A DNA stretch of 64,000 nt from Akkermansiaceae bacterium (GTDB taxonomy: Bacteria; Verrucomicrobiota; Verrucomicrobiia; Verrucomicrobiales; Akkermansiaceae). Every line of letters begins with the position of its first letter. The first letter of the stretch is position 1. The notes under the pieces are model-generated. The model was not told where the DNA came from, did no database searches, and saw only the letters and a program-made list of their open reading frames with translations. Location: positions 1 to 64,000 of the forward strand of contig JBPOGF010000007.1 of the NCBI GenBank assembly GCA_051251915.1, in the 5' to 3' direction. This document shows, piece after piece, positions 56,955 to 64,000 of the stretch. The position numbers and the translations under genes were made by a program.

Positions 56955-58075
56955 TGATGTGTGTTCATTTCTAGCCAGGCATCCATTCCGCCCGAAATAT
57001 TGACGAGTTGTGTGAATCCATTCTCAGCTAGATACGCGCAGGCGCGTGCACTTCTTACACCGCCTTTGCAGTGAATGTAGAGGGTGGTATTTTTTGGTAA
57101 ATTTTCGGCAGAATTTGGGATATCTGGTAGGGGGATGAGCTTACTTCCTGGGATGGAGCATTCTGCGTGTTCGGCTGGAAGGCGGACGTCGATGAGCATT
57201 CCGTCTAGGCCTGAGTCGAGTTTTACTTTGAGTTCGGTAACTGTTATTTCTGTCATGGTTTCGGGTGGTTTAACGCCGCAGAATTCCTCGTAGTCGATCA
57301 GTTTGGTGATCGTGGGGTTTTCGCCACAGAGTGGGCATTGCGGATCTTTTCTTAGGTTGAAGTTTCTGAAGTTGGTGTTGAGGCCATCGTAGTGGACTAG
57401 CTTGCCGAGTGGTGGTGTGCCGGCGGCTAGGATGAGTTTGATGGCTTCCATGGCTTGGAGTGAGCCGATGATACCGGGGAGGACTCCGAGAACGCCGGCT
57501 TCTGCGCAACTGGGCACTGAGCCTGGTTCTGGTGGTTCTGGGAGCATGCAGCGGTAGCAGGGGCCGCCTAGGTGGGGGGCGAAGACGCTGATCTGGCCTT
57601 CGAAGCGGAATATGGAGCCGTAGATGTTTGGTTTTTTGAGGAGGAATGCGACGTCATTGGAGAGGTAGCGGGTGGGGAAGTTGTCTGTGCCATCGATGAT
57701 GATGTCGTAGTCTTTGTCTTGGACGATTTCTACTGCGTTTGCTGAGGTGAACTTGGCGGGGTAGGTGACGACGTTTAGGTGTGGGTTGATTTCTAAGAGA
57801 CGTGCTTTTGCGGAGTCTAGTTTGGGTTTGCCGATCCATGACTCGCCGTGGAGGATTTGGCGTTGGAGGTTGGAGGTTTCTACGGTGTCATCATCTACTA
57901 TGCCGATGGTGCCGACTCCGGCGGCGGCAAGGTAGAGTGCAACTGGTGAGCCTAATCCGCCTGCGCCGATGCAGAGGACGGATGAGGCTTTGAGTTTCTC
58001 CTGCCCTACTTGGCCAACTTCTGGGAGGGTGAAGTGTCTGGCGTAGCGTTTTTTTTCTTCAGGTGTGAGGGGCAT
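56951..58075 (-). CDS. moeB: MoeB/ThiF E1-like adenylyltransferase with C-terminal rhodanese domain
   Basis: RYARH, GAGGLGSP, SNLQRQ, DGTDNF, PCYRC, CPLC and rhodanese HCKGGVRS. Confidence 0.93.
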   Translation of the reverse strand: MPLTPEEKKRYARHFTLPEVGQVGQEKLKASSVLCIGAGGLGSPVALYLAAAGVGTIGIVDDDTVETSNLQRQILHGESWIGKPKLDSAKARLLEINPHLNVVTYPAKFTSANAVEIVQDKDYDIIIDGTDNFPTRYLSNDVAFLLKKPNIYGSIFRFEGQISVFAPHLGGPCYRCMLPEPPEPGSVPSCAEAGVLGVLPGIIGSLQAMEAIKLILAAGTPPLGKLVHYDGLNTNFRNFNLRKDPQCPLCGENPTITKLIDYEEFCGVKPPETMTEITVTELKVKLDSGLDGMLIDVRLPAEHAECSIPGSKLIPLPDIPNSAENLPKNTTLYIHCKGGVRSARACAYLAENGFTQLVNISGGMDAWLEMNTHQ

Positions 58076-58097
58076 TTAATTGAATATTGAATTTTCG

Positions 58098-59807
58098 CTA
58101 ATGATCTGATGCTTCTCCTGCTCCGCTGGGATTGTGGATGCGGCGGACCATTCGCTGGACGTCTTCTGGTGGTGCTGGGGTGAAGGCGGAGACGGTGAAG
58201 GCTACGATGAAGTTAAGTAGCATGCCTACGAAGCCGATTCCTTCAGGTGAGATTCCGAAGAGGTATTGATCTTCTGTGCCTCCAAAGAACTGGAAGTAGG
58301 TAATGTAGATGAAGGTGAAGCAGATACCGACGATCATTCCTGCAGTAGCACCTTCTTTGTTTACTCTTTTGGAGAAAATACCCATGAGGAGTGTGGGGAA
58401 GAAGGATGATGCGGCGAGCCCGAATGCGAATGCGACGGTTTTGGCGATGAATGCTGATGGAGGGTTGATACCGAACCAGCAAGCGATAATGAGTGAGCCT
58501 AGTGAGGCGATGCGAGCCCATTTCATTTCTTGTTTGTCTGTAAGATCTGGGTTGATGATTTTTTTCATCAAGTCATGGGATATGGAGGTAGAGAGGACGA
58601 GTAGTAATCCCGCTGCAGTTGAAAGTGCGGCAGCGATACAACCAGCCATGAGGAGCGCTATAACCCATTGTGGAGTGTTGCCCATATATGGGTTAGCCAT
58701 GACGATGATGTCGGCTCCGAAGGTGAGTTCATTTGCGGCAATGTTACCTTCAGCAACTTCTTTAGCTGAGTATTGCATGAGTCCATCACCGTTTTTGTCT
58801 TCCCATTTCATTTGGCCTGATTTCTCAAAGCGCTCAAACCAATCTGGAGCTTCTGCGTGTGGTGTGTTGTTGAGTGTTTCTACGAGGTTTACTCTGGAGA
58901 ATGATCCTACTGCTGATGCTGTGAGGTAAATGACGGCAATGAATGCGAGTGTCCAGCAGGCAGATTTTCTGACGGCTTTGACGCTTTTGACGGTGAAGAA
59001 TCTGACGATCACGTGAGGTAGGCCTGCTGTGCCGCACATGAGGGCGGCAGTGATGCAGAACATGTTGATTTTGCTCAGCTTTGAACTGGTGAATTCTTGG
59101 AAGCCTAGTTCTGTGTTGATGTTGTTGATTTTTTCTAGGAATGGGAGTGATTCACCATTGGCGGTGTAGTCACCGATTAGGCCTAACTGAGGAATGACGT
59201 TTCCTGTGAGTGCCATGGAGATGAAGATGGCGGGGAGCGTGTAGGCAAATGCCATGACGCAATACTGAGCTACTTGGGTGTAGGTGATGCCTTTCATACC
59301 ACCGAGTCCAGCATAGAAGAAAACAATAGCGGCTCCGATGATGACGCCGGCTTCAATGGGGATCTGAAATAGCTGCGAGAAGACAACTCCTACGCCACGC
59401 ATCTGCCCCATGATGTAGGTGAGTGAGATGAAGAGGGCGCAGAGGACTGCTACGAAGCGGGTGAAGTTTGAGTAGTAGCGGTCGCCGATGAAATCAGGGA
59501 CAGTGGCTTTGCCAAATTTTCTGAGGTAGGGGACCATGAGGATGGTGAGGAGGACGAATCCGCCAGTCCAGCCCATGAGGAAACGTGAGGCGTCATAGCC
59601 ACTGAGGGCGATGCCTCCAGCCATGGAGATGAAGGTTGCTGCTGACATCCAGTCGGCCGCGGTTGCCATGCCATTGGCAAGTGGGGATACGCCTCCTCCG
59701 GCAGTGTAATATTCTTTAGTGGAGGTGGCGCGAGACTTGAGAGCGATACCGATGTAGAGCGCAAATGAGAGGCCGATAAAGATGAAGTTTAGAGTGTCTT
59801 GATCCAT
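58098..59807 (-). CDS. actP: sodium:solute symporter, cation/acetate symporter ActP-like
   Basis: [42 protein letters not shown] and [11 protein letters not shown]. Confidence 0.88.
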   Translation of the reverse strand: MDQDTLNFIFIGLSFALYIGIALKSRATSTKEYYTAGGGVSPLANGMATAADWMSAATFISMAGGIALSGYDASRFLMGWTGGFVLLTILMVPYLRKFGKATVPDFIGDRYYSNFTRFVAVLCALFISLTYIMGQMRGVGVVFSQLFQIPIEAGVIIGAAIVFFYAGLGGMKGITYTQVAQYCVMAFAYTLPAIFISMALTGNVIPQLGLIGDYTANGESLPFLEKINNINTELGFQEFTSSKLSKINMFCITAALMCGTAGLPHVIVRFFTVKSVKAVRKSACWTLAFIAVIYLTASAVGSFSRVNLVETLNNTPHAEAPDWFERFEKSGQMKWEDKNGDGLMQYSAKEVAEGNIAANELTFGADIIVMANPYMGNTPQWVIALLMAGCIAAALSTAAGLLLVLSTSISHDLMKKIINPDLTDKQEMKWARIASLGSLIIACWFGINPPSAFIAKTVAFAFGLAASSFFPTLLMGIFSKRVNKEGATAGMIVGICFTFIYITYFQFFGGTEDQYLFGISPEGIGFVGMLLNFIVAFTVSAFTPAPPEDVQRMVRRIHNPSGAGEASDH

Positions 59808-60119
59808 CTATTTGGTCTCCTTTCCTGTGTCATTAGAATCTTCTGAGTATCCGTGTTTCTTATCGAGTTTACCCATGAGGATGGCGTAGGCGATGAGGAT
59901 GAGGACGAAGCAGATGATGGATCCTTGCTGAGCCATCCAGAATCCGAATGGCGCGTTACCTATGCTGAATGCGGCGTCTAGCTGCTCACGAAAAAGAATC
60001 CCACAGCCGAAGCTGACGGTGAACCAGATGGCGAGAAGGCTGAAGAGGATGGTGAGGCTGGACTTTCTGTAGCCTCCTGAGGTTTCGTTGTTTTCTTGAT
60101 CGGTTTTATTGTGTTCCAT
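59808..60119 (-). CDS. DUF4212 small membrane partner of the symporter
   Basis: IWFTVSFGCGILF and GFWMAQQGSI motifs, abutting the symporter gene. Confidence 0.9.
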   Translation of the reverse strand: MEHNKTDQENNETSGGYRKSSLTILFSLLAIWFTVSFGCGILFREQLDAAFSIGNAPFGFWMAQQGSIICFVLILIAYAILMGKLDKKHGYSEDSNDTGKETK

Positions 60120-60204
60120 AATGAGTTTTACTAATAGGTAGAGCTACTATTAGCAGTGGGAACATGATGCCGACAAGGGGAAAGCGCGGGAGGGTGTGAT
60201 ATTT

Positions 60205-61857
60205 TTAGGCGTTTGCTTTGAGCCTGGCTACGGAGTATTCTGGATCATCTGGGAGAACTTCGATGGTGACCATGGTGCCGGCTTTATCGAGCATGGCTCT
60301 GCAATCTGATGATAGGTGACGTAGTTTGAGGTTCTTGCCAGCTTTACTGTATTTTTCGGCGATGCTGTTGAGGGCTTCGATTCCGGAGAGGTCAGCGACG
60401 CGCATTTTTTCACAGTCGATGACGATGTTCTTACGATCTGAGGTGGCAGCGAAGCGTTCTAGGAAGTCTGATGCGGAGCCGAAGTAGAGGATTCCTTCTG
60501 GGGCGTAGATGCGCTCGTCTTCTGATTCTGAGTCTTTTACTGTATCGACCTGGATGTGGGTGGAGCTTTTGGCTGCGAATACGAGGGCTGAGAGGATGAC
60601 TCCGATGCCGACACCTATGGCGAGGTTGTGCGTGTAGACGGTGATAGCTGTGACAACGATGACTACGAGGAGTTCACTGTGTGGAATTTTGTTGATGGAT
60701 CTTAGGGTGGCCCACTCGAAGGTGCTGATGACGATCATGAACATGACGCCGACGAGTGCTGCAACTGGGATACTCATGAGGATGTCTGCTCCGAAGAGGA
60801 TGAGGGCGAGGAGCGTGAGTGCTCCGACTACGCCTGAGGTTCTGCCTCGGCCGCCATTTTTCATGTTGATGAGTGACTGGCCGATGGTGGCGCAACCTCC
60901 CATACCGCCGAACATGCCTGATGCGATGTTGGCTGTGCCTTGGGCGATGCATTCGCGGTTTCCTTGGCCGCGGGTCTCAGTGATGTCATCGATGAGCTGT
61001 AGGGTGAGGAGGGATTCTAGTAGTCCTACCATGGCGATGGTGAGGGAGATGGGGAGGATAAGCTTGTAGAAGTCTGCTTGCATCCATGGGACTTGTGAGA
61101 GGTCTGAGAAGGGGGGGAAGTCGCTGTTGATGTTGGCGGTGTCTGTGGGGCTGAGCATGCGTAGGATGTCACTGATGTCACGGATTCCTCCTGGGAGGAG
61201 CAGGCCGATGCCGAATACGGTGATGATGGCGATGAGTGTGGCGGGGACGGCCTTGGTGAGCCTAGGGAGGAACTGGATGATGGCCATTGTAAGGATGACT
61301 AGGGCGATCATGAGGGCTACTTGGGAGCCGCCTAGCCATCCGAGGTCTACGGAGCCTTCTGTGACTCCGTTTTTCTGTTGGAAGAAGAGTCCTTGGCCCA
61401 TTGCGATCATGATGGCGAGGCCGTTTACGAATCCCATCATGACTGGGTGAGGGATGAGGCGGACGAGTCTGCCTAGCTTGAAGATGCCGAATAGTATCTG
61501 AATGAGTCCGGCGAAGAGGAGTGCTGCAACTAGATACTGCATGCCGATGTCGTAGGCGGTGTATCCTTCGAATCCACCTGCTGCTAGGCCTTCTGCTCCT
61601 TTTTCTTTACCGATTTTAAATGCTTGGGCTGCTACGAGGGCGATGGCTCCGGTGGCACCGCAGATCATGCCTGGGCGGCCGCCGAAGATGGCGGTGATGA
61701 GGCCGACGAATACGCCTGACCAGAGTCCGACCATGGGGTTTACTCCGGCGATGAATGAGAATGCGATGGCTTCTGGGACGAGGAGTAGTGCTACTGTCAT
61801 TCCTGAGAGGATGTCGTCTTTGTAATTGCCGTTTTTCTTAGTGAATAGGTTGAACAT
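60205..61857 (-). CDS. SulP family inorganic anion transporter with STAS domain
   Basis: VPEAIAFS, GGRPGMI.GATGA, PVMMGFVNGL, GGCATIGQS and C-terminal STAS; ATG 61857. Confidence 0.93.
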   Translation of the reverse strand: MFNLFTKKNGNYKDDILSGMTVALLLVPEAIAFSFIAGVNPMVGLWSGVFVGLITAIFGGRPGMICGATGAIALVAAQAFKIGKEKGAEGLAAGGFEGYTAYDIGMQYLVAALLFAGLIQILFGIFKLGRLVRLIPHPVMMGFVNGLAIMIAMGQGLFFQQKNGVTEGSVDLGWLGGSQVALMIALVILTMAIIQFLPRLTKAVPATLIAIITVFGIGLLLPGGIRDISDILRMLSPTDTANINSDFPPFSDLSQVPWMQADFYKLILPISLTIAMVGLLESLLTLQLIDDITETRGQGNRECIAQGTANIASGMFGGMGGCATIGQSLINMKNGGRGRTSGVVGALTLLALILFGADILMSIPVAALVGVMFMIVISTFEWATLRSINKIPHSELLVVIVVTAITVYTHNLAIGVGIGVILSALVFAAKSSTHIQVDTVKDSESEDERIYAPEGILYFGSASDFLERFAATSDRKNIVIDCEKMRVADLSGIEALNSIAEKYSKAGKNLKLRHLSSDCRAMLDKAGTMVTIEVLPDDPEYSVARLKANA

Positions 61858-61972
61858 GGTGGTCTGGTGAAGAGTTAATGGGTCGCGAACTACTGGCAAT
61901 GAGCCAGTTTTGCAACCATTTTATTAGTGCGTGGTGGTGGGGAGGTGAGATTAGGCCATTCGACCGTTAGGG

Positions 61973-62031
61973 TGCCTGCGGCAGGTCAGAGGTCATGGGT
62001 TGATTAGTCATTGGTCTTGGATGATGAAACG
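61973..62031 (+). repeat. dispersed element, copy I
   Basis: TGCC-tgc-GGCA, gtcagag gtcatgg gttgatta gtcattg, core cttggatgatgaaacg. Confidence 0.7.
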
Positions 62032-62108
62032 AGGGTGGAGTGAAAAGGTTGATTTCTGGGCTTGGGTTGGGGGCTTGACGAGGGTGGTGTGAGTTATTAA
62101 TGTGTGGA

Positions 62109-63344
62109 ATGAGAATCTTTGTTGTGATGTTGTTTTTGTGTTTTCTGGGGGGGGATTTGGGGGCACAGGTGGCGGAGAAGGAGCGGAAGGTTTCTTTGGT
62201 GGATTTGATAGTAGGGAGTGAAGGGGTGTATAGATTGGCTGAAATTAAGGGGGACAATCTGCCTGTGTGGGAGATTTTGGCTGGGGAGAATGGAGAGGAC
62301 TATTTAGGTTGGGCTCTTCCTGCATATGCTTTTGGAGGTGAAAATCTGGCGCCGTTGAATCAATATTTGGATAAGGCAAATAAGGACAAGAAGTTTTTAC
62401 CCGGAAATTTGGTGTTTTATTTTAGAGGTCACGAGCGGTATGGGAGAGCGTATTGTTATATGAAAGATTACTCTGCTGATCTTTATCTAAATTTGGCAGG
62501 TCCCGCAGTGGAGGATAGTGCGATATTGTTTCCTAGGTATGATGGACTTAGGGATGATTTGATTTGGTTGTGTAGGAATCGGTATTTGCTGAGGCAGCTA
62601 AGTAAAGGGAGGTTGATTCCAGAGATTTATCATTTTACACCGCATCAGTTAGAGTTTTTGGTGCGGGTTTGTTCGGCTGAGCTTTTGAAGGAGCTACATA
62701 CCTATGCTAAGTCAGGAAGGGATGGTGTGCAGTTGGCTACGCTGTATCAATTTATGGATTATGATCCTGCTGATGCGAAGCGGTTTCCGTTGTTGGATGA
62801 GGGTGTTGTAGCGAAGTTAGCGATAGCGATAGATGATGGAATCTTAGAGAGGAAGATGTTTGCTGATCTTAAGGGGGCGTTGGGGGAGGTTAAGAAAAAG
62901 ATTGTTGCTAAGGGGTATTTGACTGAGCGTGATAAGAGGTTGCTACGGTCGTTTTTTATCAATGATCATGAGACTCGTGAGTTGCAGAGGGAGGTGGCTG
63001 CGGTGATGAAGGGAGAGATTATTGCGAGGGGGGATATCAATTTGTTAAAACCTTACCTCCAGCGGATAGAGAAAAGGCAATCTATTGCGGATTTGACGCA
63101 TTTGGCTGAGTTGATCAATAGTAAGAGGTTTACTGAGGGGGTGGAGGAGTTTCAAGAATTGATCATGGCGCAGTTTGATTTGCGTAAGGAAATAGAGGTG
63201 GTTTGGATATTGGCTCCGCTGATAAGGCATGAAGAGAAGCGGTTGGCTTGGAGGGCTAGGTTAATTATGAGAGGCTTTACGGGAGCAGATCTGGGGGATG
63301 ATCCTGCAAGTTGGCGGCTTTGGTATGAGAAGATGAATGAATAA
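62109..63344 (+). CDS. secreted hypothetical helical-repeat protein
   Basis: Signal peptide MRIFVVMLFLCFL; C-terminal FTGADLGDD...W..WY motif seen on PVC HEAT-repeat proteins. Confidence 0.7.
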   Translation: MRIFVVMLFLCFLGGDLGAQVAEKERKVSLVDLIVGSEGVYRLAEIKGDNLPVWEILAGENGEDYLGWALPAYAFGGENLAPLNQYLDKANKDKKFLPGNLVFYFRGHERYGRAYCYMKDYSADLYLNLAGPAVEDSAILFPRYDGLRDDLIWLCRNRYLLRQLSKGRLIPEIYHFTPHQLEFLVRVCSAELLKELHTYAKSGRDGVQLATLYQFMDYDPADAKRFPLLDEGVVAKLAIAIDDGILERKMFADLKGALGEVKKKIVAKGYLTERDKRLLRSFFINDHETRELQREVAAVMKGEIIARGDINLLKPYLQRIEKRQSIADLTHLAELINSKRFTEGVEEFQELIMAQFDLRKEIEVVWILAPLIRHEEKRLAWRARLIMRGFTGADLGDDPASWRLWYEKMNE

Positions 63345-63378
63345 AAAAGCTCTGTGGTGAATTCACCACAGAGCTTTT
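63345..63378. terminator. bidirectional terminator
   Basis: Perfect palindrome AAAAGCTCTGTGGTGAATTCACCACAGAGCTTTT between convergent genes. Confidence 0.85.
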
Positions 63379-63404
63379 ATCATTGTTGAAAAACGAGTTC
63401 TTAA

Positions 63405-64000
63405 TTAACGCTTGCGACGCATAAGAAGAAGTCCACCGAGGCCGAGTAGCATGGTTGATGATGGCTCAGGTACTAGTGTGTATTTTACAATCACTTTTCC
63501 TTTTGCTTCATCTGGTGAGTCGAACTGGATAGTAGATCCGCCTTCACCTGAGAGGTTGAAGTATGAGTCCACAGCGAAGTCGATAGTGAATGTTCCTGAA
63601 CCTACATATTGGCTCCAGAATAAATCATTAACTAGGCCTGATCCAGATGCAGAGCTACCTGTGGAGGTGAATGATGCGTAATCTGATCCACCGATATCGA
63701 ATGTAGAGACATCGTCTCCATCGTTCGCTCCTAATGTAGTGTTAGGGATCGTGTATGCTGAAGTGAATCCGTCTAAGATAGGGTCAAATGATCCATCTAA
63801 AAGATCCACAGATGATCCTGTAACGTCGAGTATCACTCCGAAGCTACCAGAGATGGAGGCTTCGGTATCACCTTCGTTATCGACACCTAGAGTGCCACCG
63901 TCTGCGTCCATTACGTAGTAGATCTCAATAGAAGCAAGATCGGCTAAGTTACCATTGTATTGGTTTAGGGTAATAGTGTCAGTGAAATCAATGTTGCCGC
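63405..64000 (-). CDS. PEP-CTERM protein (choice-of-anchor E-like), 5' end outside the window
   Basis: Frame is open to the window end (GNIDFTDTITLNQYNGNLADL...); ends VPEPSSTMLLGLGGLLLMRRKR. Confidence 0.9.
   Translation of the reverse strand, partial: GNIDFTDTITLNQYNGNLADLASIEIYYVMDADGGTLGVDNEGDTEASISGSFGVILDVTGSSVDLLDGSFDPILDGFTSAYTIPNTTLGANDGDDVSTFDIGGSDYASFTSTGSSASGSGLVNDLFWSQYVGSGTFTIDFAVDSYFNLSGEGGSTIQFDSPDEAKGKVIVKYTLVPEPSSTMLLGLGGLLLMRRKR

Noticed and set aside
56951..58075. MoeB as the dedicated E1 for the putative Ubl at 42328-42756
   Set aside because: It is 14 kb away and looks like an ordinary MoeB-rhodanese; nothing in the sequence links the two
499..62031. CRISPR, TIGR-like or box C/D interpretation of the TGATGA-containing core
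   Set aside because: Copies are dispersed rather than regularly spaced, there is no partner box D at a fixed distance, and no Cas or Nop-domain gene is in the window
1..64000. Prophage, integrase, transposase or tRNA genes
   Set aside because: No ORF with such motifs and no cloverleaf was recognised by eye

Overview
A 64 kb chromosomal window, by inference from a marine/aquatic Verrucomicrobiota (Rubritalea-like) bacterium: it has four PEP-CTERM proteins, a TIGR02597-like protein, DUF1501/DUF1549-1553 and DUF1552/DUF1592 pairs, and an SHD1 domain. It opens at the end of an rRNA operon (5S rRNA plus terminator). Housekeeping genes (uvrD/pcrA, two class A PBPs, tsaD, nagA, sucCD, dapL, moeB, actP-like, sulP, phoD, a GH63-like glucosidase) alternate with accessory blocks. 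The + strand has an extreme G>C skew in most genes regardless of their direction, and the skew-free patches mark probable recent acquisitions. Five observations stand out. (1) A dispersed, co-oriented intergenic element (mini-hairpin + four STRR-like heptamers + a YYDGS-NN-GATGRARC core) occurs at eight sites, with extra cores in two composite repeat clusters. (2) A ubiquitin-like-looking small protein is coupled to a 1643-aa DUF5724/DUF4132 protein. (3) A decayed integron-cassette-like array carries a HEPN-like gene and a cytoplasmic trypsin fusion. (4) A tandem cluster encodes secreted trypsin/hydrolase pseudoenzymes. (5) There is an unannotated flavin-reductase pseudogene and a transpeptidase-dead PBP paralogue. 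All domain calls are by-eye motif recognition; no database searches were run.
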